A stretch of 62,399 nucleotides of DNA, counting the filler, from Sphacelaria rigidula (lineage: Eukaryota): assembly GCA_964200075.2 (NCBI GenBank). It is 11 parts of 11 records of this genome, joined end to end, with 100 filler letters (N's around TTAATTAATTAA, not from the genome) between each part and the next. Parts side by side here need not be neighbours in the genome. Positions count along the whole stretch, not along the records: positions 34,094 to 39,675 come from CAXNAA020026125.1; positions 39,776 to 45,356 come from CAXNAA020026126.1; positions 45,457 to 51,037 come from CAXNAA020026127.1; 8 more parts are not named here. One strand, written 5' to 3'. The notes under the pieces are model-generated. The model was not told where the DNA came from. It worked only from the letters and a program-made list of their open reading frames with translations, and did not search any database. Positions within the stretch are counted from its first letter, which is position 1. Every line of letters starts with the position of its first letter. The position numbers and the translations under genes are program-made. Positions 37,720-49,450 of this stretch are shown piece after piece.

Positions 37720-40414
37720 CTGTGTAGGTGACCTCCAACCACCTCGTGATACAGCGGCGGTGGTGGGAAACCGGCAACGCGACTGGCAACACGGCTTCTG
37801 CTGGCATAGTTCATGATCGCACACAATAATGGCTAGATTCAAGAGGGCTTCCTGCGGGCGCGAGATCTCCAGAAAGCTATTAGAGTAGTTGCGGAGCAAG
37901 CAGAAGCATCATGGCAGCAGCTCCATGACGGTGCAGGATCCCACCAATAACCGGAGCAACGACTGCAGAGTACCGCACTCTCGTCGGTGAAGTACGTGCT
38001 GAGCTCCACGGTCCAACTCCGGTCGGAAAAGCCACTGTTGCTGTTGTGTTGCGTAGTAGAAATGATGTTTCTCCGCAATGTAATGTTATAAGTAATTAAA
38101 TGCGTTGCTTTCTCCTTGCCACACAGCAGCGTGCAATTCCCGTTTGTCGTCCATCGAGTGCAAAGGGCATGACACTACCGCGTGCTATAATAATAATATA
38201 TTGTGTCTTACCCTTTGCATGGTCGACACATACGAGACTGCTGCACTATATATTATTATAGTAAAGCAAAGTTATGTGTGCTTAACGCCGACAAAATTAC
38301 ACGCTACTGCACTGGTGTAGCGTCTATACTGCCGTCGGGGCCTTCAGTATGAGTGCACATATCGCGCACCTCGTCTCGGAATATTCGAATATTCACTGTT
38401 CATCATGTAAATATAACGTACAAAAATGTGAAGGATCGGAGCGTAGCGGGATCTGCGGTTTGTGTATCGGTACGAATCGTTACGTAATGCAACGGATCAA
38501 GCCGCCGGATTACAGCGAAGCAAGAATCGGATTCAGCGTAATCGGGAAAGGAGTGGTAACAACATTACAGTACAGCATTTATTCAACAATATCGTCAAGC
38601 AATGCTAGAGTCATACCGTTTGCAACGCAGCAGGCGATTTCGTTTCCAGATTCATAAGAGGAGCAAATTAAAATTGATGTATATCTGGTAACTCTTATAG
38701 TTCGGAACCCGGCGCAGCGGTGAGTTTTCACCCTAACAAGATCATACTCCGAACACTGTAATATACTACTACTACTGTTGTAGCGATTCTACGCAAGCGA
38801 TAGAGGTACTGTATCTCACCCTCGGGGTTCCTGGTATTTTCACAGTAATTTACAGTCAAGTACACCGGAAACCTCGAGATTGAGATACCTCTTAGTTTGG
38901 AACCCAGCACGATTTTTCACCCTAAAGTATCGTACTCCGAACAATGAAATATTTTGTGCCTATTCTACACAAACGACATCTGAGAATGGAACAAAGCACA
39001 GCAGAACCGCAGACGTACAGTATCATACAGCGCAGCACAGCGCAGCACAGCACGGCACACAATCAGCATGCAGCGTGCCCGCATCCCCACGACATGCATA
39101 AAGAACCAGCCAGCTGCAGCACGGTAAAGTGAGTCAATAACGCGGTGAGACCAGTTACGACTATGGCATATCTGCACAGTAGTGCTCGTTTATTTGTGTA
39201 GTCGGTGCATACATGCACGCAAATGAAAAAGATGGAAAGTGAGCGATATTGCGGCTGCAGATTTTGCACGCGTATTCTCTCTCGCTGCTTCCTGCTCGCT
39301 GCTTGCCCTTGTTCTAGAGCAGAGGGTGTTGTCTTCCGTGACACGTAAACACTCACACAAGGCACAGTTAACAGGGCACACATTTACGTACTACAATATG
39401 ATCATCCCCCTTGTGCGGAGTTGAAGTTCTCCCGCGCCGCACGACATGATCTCGCTCGACTACCATCATGGTTACCGCAAAAGAAACGCAATCGCGCATA
39501 AAAAATCGGTAACGTGGTTGCCTTGCTTACGCAGTGAGTGGCGAGTTTTACAGCGTCGTTGCCAACCGACGCCAACCGCAAAGAAAGTCCGTCCCTACAA
39601 AGCCGGGATGGAGCACGCCGGGTTTTCGCAGGACCAGGGAGGGAGGGGGGGGGGGGGGGGGGGGCCTTCCGCCGCNNNNNNNNNNNNNNNNNNNNNNNNN
39701 NNNNNNNNNNNNNNNNNNNTTAATTAATTAANNNNNNNNNNNNNNNNNNNNNNNNNNNNNNNNNNNNNNNNNNNNGGGAGCGGTTGATTCTCATTTCAAA
39801 ATACGTTCTCATTTTTCTGGCAACCCTGTTTACATCAGCAGTACTGTACATGATAATGCCTTGTGGTAGTATATGATGGCACAGTCGGTATTGCGAGAAC
39901 AGAGAACAAACTGTGTGCGAGAAGAGTTCAGTAGGGCAGTGCCGTACATCACCCCTCAGGCACAGCGACAACAGCTAGGAGAGTACAGTAGCGTTCGTTA
40001 TACTATAGTGATACATGTGGCAGCGCAGCGCAGCAAAACATATTACTATCGCCGCAGGGTATGGCGTTAGCACTTAATATCCGCTTGTTAAACCCCGTGT
40101 GAAGTTGCTTCAACAACTGGGGCGGGCAGTAGGCACACTTTTTTACTGCCGTTGCAAAAATATCAAAAGCCTCGTACTCTAGCATCATACGTTAATGCCC
40201 GTACGTCACCTCGAAACAATCGGGGTGAGTCACCATCTCGGAACGATTTGCCCCGATTTTTTCTCGAACAATCGGAGGAAATCGTTCCAAGATCGTGACC
40301 CCTCGATTTTTTCGCTCCCGATTATGGTCCAAAATCCGTGTTCACACACTGCGTTCCACGAATTTTCCCCCCCCGATTTTGAAAAACCGAGATTCGTGCT
40401 TGCCATAAAAGTGG

Positions 40415-40890
40415 ATCTTAGACCGACTCTAATGGGAGCGGTTTAAAATTCATGTTCAAAACTGCCCCTTTGGTCCTTCTCCGTCGTTTTACGCCTGAAT
40501 AAAGGGCTAGGCGGATGCTGACGCCATGGAACGACTTGCTCTACTTGAGACTGTTCTACGGCAACTTTGCATGTGCCGCTGGCCGCACTTTTATACTTGT
40601 CCAAACATGGATATTCAATAAAAAACGGTCAAGCGATAAAAAACAGGGGGAATCTTGATCACTTGACCGTTTTCGCTGAAAATCCGTGTTTGGCCTGATT
40701 TCGACGAAAACAAAAGTGCCGCCAGCGGGAAATGCAAAGTTGCCGTGGAACGGTCTCGACGAGTAGATCAAGCCATTCCAAGGCGTCCATATCCGCCTAG
40801 CCCTCTTTTCGGGCGTAAATCGACGGAAAAGGGCCCAAGAGGTAGTTTTCGACAGGCATTTTGAATGGCTCTCATTAGAGTTGGCCTTGA
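40415..40890. mobile_element. Long imperfect palindrome (foldback-type element), centre about 40647
   Basis: Paired blocks: CTCTAATGGGAGC / GCTCTCATTAGAG, AGGGCTAGGCGGAT / ATCCGCCTAGCCCT, ACGGCAACTTTGCAT / ATGCAAAGTTGCCGT and AAAACGGTCAAG / CTTGACCGTTTT. Confidence 0.8.
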
Positions 40891-43801
40891 GGCGCTAGAA
40901 GTTTCGCACGTTATTTCCATCAACCCGCGCAATTCTTTTGGGGGTGCAGGGGAAAAAATAAGCACGAAGTATGAGCGAGTTGAAGTTTCAGCAAAGGCAG
41001 GAAAAATGCTAATGCTTTCTTTTAAAATGATAAAAAAGACACGACGACAAGGCTCCAACACATACGGGCACTCGCACCAACGACATTCTGGTCAAGTTTT
41101 GGCCAAAAACACCTCAAATTAAGCGCGGCAGCGCACTTTTTGTGTGACACGGCCGCGTTCTTTCAATTCAAGTGATACAGAAGAGTCCAATTATGTAGGT
41201 CATGAGTTCGAATCCCGACAGATTTTATTTCTTCTCCGTCCGTCCTTATTAAGGTCATATATTTGCAGTGCATTTTTGTTCATTTTTTATCTTCATTCAG
41301 CGGCAGTGCCTTGTGTGACTAGGTTGGTCTGCACTTCACAGCGATATGATCAAGTCACGCTGATGTGAAAAAACTTGAGAAGTTGTGGTGTGGAAAGCGA
41401 ATGCGGGATTTACTGCTGGCCCAGCTCGTAGACCCCTGGATTTTTTGCAGCTCGTAAGACCAACTTGTATGGAAGCCAATCCCGAATCTAGCGGGACCCG
41501 AATCTGTGCCAAATCGGGGGGACCCAGATTCGTGAAACTCAGATTCGTGTGTACCCGTGTATGGCTTCACGGATTTTTAAATTGTTCTGTACACGAACGG
41601 CCATTTTCTGGGCGGGTGTGGTATCACAGTGAAGCCGGAGAATAGGCAGGCAGGGAATCACCCTTCAAGAGCAGCGTCGTACCGTGGTACCCTAGGGTAT
41701 GATGCAGTGCAGTACACGCCACGAACATAGTACACGATAATGCCGTGTGGTAATACATGATGGTACAGTCGGTATTGCGAAAACAGTGCACAGCGTGCGG
41801 CAAGAGTACACGAGTGCAGTGTCATTCATCACCCTGCAACAACCGCGACAGCAGAGTGTAGGATAGATAGTACAGTACCGTTCGTTATGGTGATACATAT
41901 AGCAGTACAGTACAGCATAAATTTTTGCCATCACTGCAGGGTACGGCGTCAACACTTCTTATCCGCTTGTCAAACCCCGTGCGGAGCTGCTCCAGCAGGC
42001 GCTCGCAGGCACTGCATGTGCTGTCAAGAGACTTTCTGCTGCTGTTGTTGCAACAATACCAAACGCCTGTTGCCCCATCATTGTACGTCAACATACGTAC
42101 GTGAGTTGCTACAGATTCGGGGACCTCAATTTTCCACGGATCTGAGCTCAGATTTTTGTAAAACCGTTCTCAAATCGTGACAAACGAATCTGAGCTTCCC
42201 CGATTTGTGCCAAATTGGGGTCCATACAAGGCGTTTCCGGATCTGAGGTCCCCTGATCTGCGTACAGATCCGTTTTTTCGACTCGGTGTTACGCCGGGGG
42301 TTAGTGTCACGTTTCGCACCACCACCCCCAAAATGAAGACGCGACGGAGTCTAGGAAGTGTAAAGAAGGTTATATAGCAACTGAAGCAGTACACAGCTGT
42401 AGTATATATCTAGAGCTACTATCTGATCGCAGTCTGGCTCAATTCCACCCAGTACAGCCACAAACCAGCGATGAATACCCCTGAAAAAAGTTGTAACTAC
42501 TTGTACAAGCAAAAATGTCTTTTTCCAACATGCCCGTCCTTCAGGCGACAGAAGATTACTCACTACTGACGAACGTTACGAAGCCGAAACTCTACAGGCA
42601 GGTACCACTAGGCACTAGCTGTCGTCCAAGCCTCGGCAGATTTCAATTGAGTGTCGAAACAGTGCAATACATTCAGTAGATTATCTTCACTTCACCCCGA
42701 CTTCCACTTAATAGAGAAGGGTGTTGGCCGCCAAGAAGTGGACGACTGGTAGGTACGCGTTTTATCTACACAGAGCAATTCGATATGTGTCGATAGCTGC
42801 CGTGTGGGTTGAGATATCGCCATCTCGGTGACGGGTGTTATAACATGTGAGGTGTGGCGTGAAAACTCATCGGGTCACATGTGATATCCACATACAGCAG
42901 GTGGTAATTGCACCGCGTTCACTTGGTTTGTAGCGTGGGGAATATCTTCTCCCGCAAGCATACATGAAACAATTAACATCGCCCGCCAGTGGGAAAGACG
43001 TTCCAGACATATGCTTGTCATTTTCGCTGGGGCGGCGCATGGAGCTTGCTTACGGGATCGCCGCGCAAGGTGTAAACAACACTTGATTGATTGATTGATT
43101 GATTGATTGATTATCTCACATTAGCCGATTGCTACAATCCAGCCCGTGGTCAGGAGCAGCAAAAATAGAACAGAATGATTGAAAAAAAAGAAAGGAACAG
43201 AAAAAGACAGAAGCGACGGCCTCAGGAAGGAAAGAAAGGGGGCAGCGATAACAACAAAAAAACAACACCACCGCCACCAGCACCAAGCAATAACAAGAAG
43301 AACAACAAAATGGCGACAAACACATACACATACACAAACACAAGCACGAGCAACACAAGAAGATGATGATCGCGCATTACGTAGCTGACTGCAACACTCC
43401 AGCTCGTGATCAAAGAAAAAAAAGGAGAAAAATGAAGAGAAATGAAAGAAAAGAAACACTTACGGTCTGCCGGTTCCTTGTGTCGTCAGTGATACTGTAA
43501 GCTGTCGGAAACAAAAGAGAGATGCCACGGAAACTGCTTCAGGGTTTGCCTCGAAGCACACGTAGTCACATCGACTGTGCGGTGTGATGGGGGCCGAAGT
43601 TTGGTAGGCAATAATGAACGGTTAAGGACGGAAACCATCATCTGATGTTCCTCCAGCGTGCAGCACTTGGAGCCTCTGTACTGCAACATGGAGAATGGAT
43701 TACGTGTTCTATCTTCATCACGTACCCGCCCCCCCCCCCCCCCCCCCCCCCCCCCCCCACACCCCCCCCAACACAACCCCACCAGCCCCCGTCCACACAC
43801 C

Positions 43802-43811
43802 NNNNNNNNNN
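43802..43811. other. Internal 10-N scaffolding gap between two diverged copies of an ~80-bp sequence next to poly-C runs
   Basis: Ten Ns. 43660-43720 and 43821-43880 share CTGCAACATG.AG.ATGG.TT...TGTTCTATCTTC. Confidence 0.85.
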
Positions 43812-44520
43812 CTCCACACTTCAGCTATTGGTTCCTCTGGTCTGCAACATGAAGGATGGTTTTATTGTTCTATCTTCCCCCCCTGCCCCCCCCCCCCCCC
43901 ACCATGACCACAGAACATATACACATAGGACCCCAGAAATTTGGTAATCGGATTTCAATCTTGTATGGCATGCAGAAATTGGTGATAGCTATCGGCACGC
44001 GAAGGAATGCAGGCATATTTGAAGAAAATGGTCCACATATATGAGGATTGTAATAAACCAACTATAATCGTCAATGAAAACCGTTGTGCTCAATTTTCAC
44101 GATCGGTTGTTATCACACCAAATACTTGTGGCGGTTCGCCTGCTGTGCAGAGCGCTATGAACGCAGCCTCACGGCTGGAGTTCACGCGCGTGCGGTGGTC
44201 GTGTTGCACAGTATTCAATGAGGTTCTCTGCAACACCACGTCTTGATCATCATTTTCGCTTTATTAGTTGTTCGTTCCACTATTATAGTATCACGCATCA
44301 TCTTGAGATACAACCGGCGATTCGCCCATGGGTGGAGCCGGACGACCCGCCGTAGAAGTCTGCACACAAGGGCGCACTGCATCAGGCACTCTATAACGAC
44401 CTCATCAACCCTACGCATGGGTTATAACTTCCGTCCGCTGAAGATAACTCCCACGATTACTTATATACCTACGCAACTCATCTGCAAGAAACATGTCTAC
44501 GACTTCCGCTACAGGTGCAA

Positions 44521-45261
44521 TCAAAACGCGAATGCGTCGTCGTCGTCTTTGCCCGCTTCCGATGTCGAATCCTCTCCCTCCGAGTCGCTACACTCGAAGT
44601 CCGAATCTCCAAGCCAGATCCCGGCTGAATGCTTCGATCCGCCCTCTGGCGGACCATCTAGACCGCCGTCGCAACAAGTGCGACTGGTAGAATCTCGTCC
44701 CGGATCCGATTTCCCTCGCCATCCTCTCGCCATCCTCTCGCCATCTCGTCGGCAGCACTCCTCACCACGACTACTATCAACACCTGCCCCCAGGGCCTTC
44801 CTCGCTCCATTCGCCTGCCCCTCGCCACGCAACGCCGCTGACCCGCCTCTTTCACGGTTCGCCGTGGATCCGCCCCTCCCCTTACGACGTCGGCGGGACG
44901 TATCGACATTTCCTCCGGCGGAATCACCTGTAGCAGTAGCGTCGGTCGCTGGGTCAGGGGGTGGCGGCAAAATGCAGCGGCCCTGGCAACCACAACTCAG
45001 CGTACAATTCCCCAAACATCTGCAATCTAGGCACCGGTGACGTCCTCGCGCCGCCCTTTCCGGCTTGCACGCGCATCTCAGGGTTCGCACAATCCCGGAT
45101 GTATCGACATACGTGTGGCTTGACAAGTCTACAACTATGTTGTCCTGTGTAAGCTCCACCGCCCCTCTGCTCGCCGCGTTTACACCACCCTTGAGGTGAG
45201 TCGTTTTTTCTTGTTTAACGCCCCATCCGCGCCCGTTGAAGTTCACTGTGGGCACGCTCAC
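44521..45261 (-). CDS. C-terminal fragment with a 9-Cys cluster and acidic tail; resembles the Cys-rich end of Academ-type transposon proteins or a CXC domain
   Basis: GRGWG followed about 50 aa later by LRCACKPERAARGRHRCLDCRCLGNCTLSCGCQGRC. The frame is open to the stop at 44521. The upstream part is cut off by a poly-G run and a (TCAA)n retroposon tail. Confidence 0.5.
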   Translation of the reverse strand: MSVPTVNFNGRGWGVKQEKTTHLKGGVNAASRGAVELTQDNIVVDLSSHTYVDTSGIVRTLRCACKPERAARGRHRCLDCRCLGNCTLSCGCQGRCILPPPPDPATDATATGDSAGGNVDTSRRRRKGRGGSTANRERGGSAALRGEGQANGARKALGAGVDSSRGEECCRRDGERMARGWRGKSDPGRDSTSRTCCDGGLDGPPEGGSKHSAGIWLGDSDFECSDSEGEDSTSEAGKDDDDAFAF

Positions 45262-46214
45262 CCCAAAGCCCCCCCCCCCCTAAGTATTGATTGATTGATT
45301 GAGAGATAGCAGCAGATGTACATAAGTACAAAAGGCAAGGAGAAGTGATGTTAGTGNNNNNNNNNNNNNNNNNNNNNNNNNNNNNNNNNNNNNNNNNNNN
45401 TTAATTAATTAANNNNNNNNNNNNNNNNNNNNNNNNNNNNNNNNNNNNNNNNNNNNCCATAGAGATGTTCAAATTCCGATGCGGTCCTCTAAGCACGCGG
45501 TCCTCTCACGCGTTACACTGTCTCCAACAGACAGCGCAGTCATCGACACACACAAAGATTACGGTGTCAGCGCACATCGCTTTTGCCGGGGCAGCGTACA
45601 GGAACAACAGCAAACGGCGTGCCGTATGAAGCTATAGCTTCTCCTCGGTGACAGCGATTGTAAGAGGGTCATCATTACTGACCCAGCCGCTCCGGCGTTT
45701 TCATGGGGTTAGATCTGCCAGTTCCACCTTACTACCATCTGTGACACGGTGCAGCTCACATGTGCTCATCAACTCACAACAGCAGCAAAAGCAATACACA
45801 CTGCGCTTTACAGCATACCTCTACTGCGCATGAGCTTTCACAGCTGCGATGCGCTGTGCAAGAGTGGTTCCGCTTTGCCCGCCTGCCTGCATGACATCTG
45901 TGGTTGGGACCATGAAGGACGGCTAAACTTTAGTATATGACAAGGTATATGACAACAGAAATTTTACTGCAACTTTGATGCTCCCACCGTACTTGCCGTG
46001 TATAATTTTCTTGCTCCAGTTCCCCCGCTGGTGGCATGGAACACCCTCACGCCACCGCAACACCACAGGACCTGACATTTGCTTCTGTAATAAGACAAGC
46101 TCGGAAGAGGGTTCTTCCTAGCTATTTACGACCACGTCTTTCCACTTCAGTACCCTCCACGCTGCTCCACAACGAACCTTCCCACAAACAAGCGAGACAA
46201 TCAAACATTGACTA

Positions 46215-46547
46215 CACACGCAGCCACTTGGCTACACCCGAAAATGCCTCCGGAGGGATGCGCGGCTCTCCAGCGGTAAAACAAGCCTCCGGAGGCCTTC
46301 CATCCCTCTAGAGGAGACCAACCTCTACCGACCCGGAGGGCCACGCACCCCTCCGGAGGAATTCGGGGGTATGCGCAGCCCTCCGGAGGCAAGAATAAGC
46401 CTCCGGAGGCGTTCAACCCCACTGGGGAGAATTAAAACATCTCCTCCGGAGGGCCGCGCACCCCTCCGGAGGCGTTTGATTCCTCTGGAGGCTCGAAAAG
46501 TGCACCCACCTGGAGGAAGTTTGGAGGTAGTCGAATGGCCGCGTGTG
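46215..46547. mobile_element. 333-bp TA-TSD MITE packed with CCTCCGGAGG palindromes
   Basis: TA|CACACGCAGCCACTTGGCTAC ... GTAGTCGAATGGCCGCGTGTG|TA, with about 11 internal exact or near copies of CCTCCGGAGG. Confidence 0.82.
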
Positions 46548-46587
46548 TACAGTACCTTGCTTGATTCAAACAATAGCTCTCAGACGC

Positions 46588-46803
46588 TGTAATGCGTGGA
46601 AGGACCGCGTGCTGTTGGGATCGCGTCGGGGTTTAAACACCCCTATGGCTGGGGTTCGTGTTCGTGTTAGTGTTAGTGTTAGTGTTAGAGTCAGGGGCGC
46701 GGTCCCTGCAGGGACTGGCCCGGGCGGTCTTGAAAAACGTCCATTCTCGGGTGTTCAAATTTCCGGTGCGGTCAAAGACCGCGCGGTCCTCCCACGCATT
46801 ATT
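46588..46803. mobile_element. Copy of the TGTAATGCG MITE family with a (GTTAGT)n tract
   Basis: TGTAATGCGTGGAAGGACCGCG ... CGCGGTCCTCCCACGCATTA, with internal CCTGCAGGGACTGGCCCG. Confidence 0.8.
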
Positions 46804-47688
46804 ATAACGGTCCAACGAGTGCCACGAGGAGCTCTGAAATCAAATAAATACCTTGCCTTCTGTAAATCCAGGTATCAGCCTACAGAAGGAAACCTGGCAT
46901 CGAGGGCAAGACGACGCATGACCACTACCTTTCAACTAGAAACGGTGTGCTTTGTGATGCAATACAGCCGTTGGATATCCGGGGAGCAGGGGTAACTCGA
47001 GGGACTAGGATATAATCTTTTTCTTAATTCGCCGCAGCGAAGCACGGTGAAAGGGCCAGATCTCAGGCCCCCGCATCATTTAGACTGTTTATCGTGTCTC
47101 GATGGTGGCTCTGTGCATTGTTGAGGCATGGCTTCAACTGCTGCATGGTTGCTCGTCATCTGCCATGCAGTGTAACATGCCCCTGGTGCGTGAGCATCAC
47201 AAGCTATTTCGCACGATTTTCGTTATGGTTTTGTGACTCCCGGCATTTTACCCGAAAAAGGGTGCCCACTTCGGAAAAAACGCTCCAAATGATGAACTGG
47301 ACGAAATGTAACAGGGAAAACAGCATCAATCAATCCGTTGCCTTGCCCATGGGAATTGGCCGTTTAAAAACGACGACGAAAACATAAATCGCAACTCACC
47401 TATATTTCGAGCCAACAAAAAAAGTTGATTTTACCGGGGTGACACAACATGGAACAAGAGAAGCACAACAGTCTATATATATACTGGGTGTGGGTCGTAT
47501 CTTATTTCTCGGCAAAAAAGAATTGGACACTTTATATCCTGGAAGATTTAGCCCATCTTATCGCGTTCTTTTCTTGTTACGTCCGACAGCAACCGAATAA
47601 TGTCATGTACTGTCAAACGAATCGAAACTGTCTTTGAGTCATACTAGCTAAGGCTGTACAAAATATTGATCAGGTTTTGATTGTCATT

Positions 47689-47775
47689 AGAGGTATCTCA
47701 AACTCGAGGTTCCAGGTATATTTGACAGTAATTTACAGTCAGCTTTACCGGGAACCTCGAGTTTGAGATACCTCT
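47689..47775. mobile_element. 87-bp hairpin MITE; second copy at 38802-38892
   Basis: Perfect 25-bp IR AGAGGTATCTCAAACTCGAGGTTCC / GGAACCTCGAGTTTGAGATACCTCT. The loop ACAGTAATTTACAGTCA is shared by both copies. Confidence 0.85.
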
Positions 47776-48049
47776 ATTATCGCTTCATCTCGTGAAAAAA
47801 ATGATTCATGGAATACGTGAAAGCACGCCACAGTTAGAATTCTCTAAAGGGGGTAAGGACACTTCGAATAAACCTTGAAACGGGAAAAATGTCCTGACCT
47901 GTATTCTTGCGTAGTTGCTAGGTTCAGGAGTCCCTCGAAGAGAAGCATCTAGGCGCAAATGTGCAACCCTAACGTGACATGACGTGTTTCTTTTTCACTC
48001 GCGACGCTCTTCATACGACGCCAACCCGGCTAGCTTGCCTTCGTCCTAT

Positions 48050-48260
48050 CGTAATGCGTGAGAGGACCGCGTGCTTAGAGGACCGCATTGGAATTCGAAC
48101 ATCCCTATGGTTAGGGTTAGGGTCAGGGTTAGTGTTGAGGTTATGGTCAGGGACGTGGTACCTACAGGGACTGGCCCGATTGGTTTTGAAAAACGTTGAT
48201 CCTGAGGTGTTTTGAACCACGGCGCGGTCCTCTAAGCACGCGGTCCTCTCACGCATTACA
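48050..48260. mobile_element. Best-preserved TGTAATGCG MITE copy, 4-bp CTAT TSD, internal TTAGGG repeats
   Basis: 36-bp TIR GTAATGCGTGAGAGGACCGCGTGCTTAGAGGACCGC. CTAT at 48046-48049 and 48261-48264. TTAGGGTTAGGGTCAGGGTTAGTG at 48111-48134. A half copy lies at 45457-45518. Confidence 0.88.
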
Positions 48261-48322
48261 CTATTACCGCAAATTGATGAAACTTTGAAAAGTGACAAGA
48301 ACACTGACTAGCCTCAGCTCAC

Positions 48323-48697
48323 CTGTAGCGTGATCCAAGAGTGCTGCACGAAGATCGCCTGGTACATATCTCCGGATGCGCCGTTAATCACGGCGCCATG
48401 TCCTCCCTCGATTACCAGAGGGCTACCTTCCTGTCCCCCGGCCATCGTTACAATTGGCTCATCGTAGACACCGTCCGCCAAATATACGGTGTCGCCTGGC
48501 CCCGCTTCAGCTAGGGCTCCGGCGATTGAGTAGGGTGAACCTTCTGGGGAGACCTCGAAGACGGTCGCAGTGGCCGTCCGTGGTAGTGTAAGGGCTAATG
48601 CCAGGGCAAAGAGCGGGAGAGCAGCTGTAGAGGGTCTCTTGGGGGTGGTGTTGACTGCACTTGCGAAATACTTCTGGTGGCGGGTGTATATTGCCAT
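48323..48697 (-). CDS. First exon of a secreted right-handed parallel beta-helix (pectin-lyase-fold) protein
   Basis: ATG start and hydrophobic signal-like ALPLFALALALTLPRTATA, then VFEVSP...SIAGALAEAGPGDTVYLADGVYDEPIV...GSPLVIEG...AVING...HSWITLQ, a classic beta-helix N-cap. CAG|GTGAGC donor. Confidence 0.82.
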
Positions 48698-49011
48698 GGT
48701 GCCGGTTGTGAAATACCCGCGGGTGCAAGGAAATGTCTATAGCCAACACGACGACACCCAAGCCCCACGCAGTTGAATACTCCGTCGGTCGCCGTCCACT
48801 GCGGTACAATAGCCGATGTCGAAGTGTTGGTGGAAATGGTGGAGTGAGAAGAGTGGGCTAAGAGGTACTGTAGCGAGGGCGAGTCTCTGCGCCACCACTG
48901 CCAAATCACACTTCAGGGATCCGAGGCAGCCCTCGTGACCGCAAATGTTTGGGTGCGCACCTGGAAATATCAGGCAAGCCTCAAGGGTCAGACACGCCAG
49001 AAAGTACTGCT

Positions 49012-49450
49012 CGGTGTTGGCTACACATTTCCAGTAACTCACGCCGTACATTTACAGCAACCATCCGTTGTTGTAACCTTGGTGGCTTGAGAGGGCAGCG
49101 TTGCTCGTAATGAGTTTCGTGCAGTCGTGTGGAACACCTCCGCATACGAGAATGCGGTGTGAATTGTATTGTGGCAAAAACGTACACAGCGGATTTGTGG
49201 GGGAAGTTGTGTAGGTCGCTACATGCCAAGCACCGCTGAAGTGTCGGCTACACATTTCCAGTAACTCACGCCGTACGTTTGCAGCAAACATCCGTTGTTG
49301 TAACCTTGGTTGCTTGAGAGGGCAGGGTTGCTCGCAATGGGTTACGTAAAGTAGTGTGGAAATCTACGCATAGGAGAAGGCGGCGTGAACTGGATTGTGG
49401 CAGAACCGTTATATGGCGAAATTTCGGGGGAAGGAAGTTGCGTGGGTCGC
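49012..49450 (+). repeat. Tandem duplication, period about 227 bp, two diverged copies
   Basis: GGCTACACATTTCCAGTAACTCACGCCGTAC at 49019 and 49246, with homology continuing to GGAAGTTG.GT.GGTCGC. Confidence 0.9.

Noticed and set aside
44243..45040. 265-aa plus-strand ORF
   Set aside because: Non-ATG start and low-complexity Ser/Pro/Arg content. It overlaps the minus-strand frame that carries the ordered Cys motif.
48111..48134. True telomere or chromosome end
   Set aside because: Only a few degenerate units, internal to a TIR element with a TSD.
22019..48697. Functional cluster linking the SET, dehydrogenase and beta-helix genes
   Set aside because: They lie on different contigs joined artificially.
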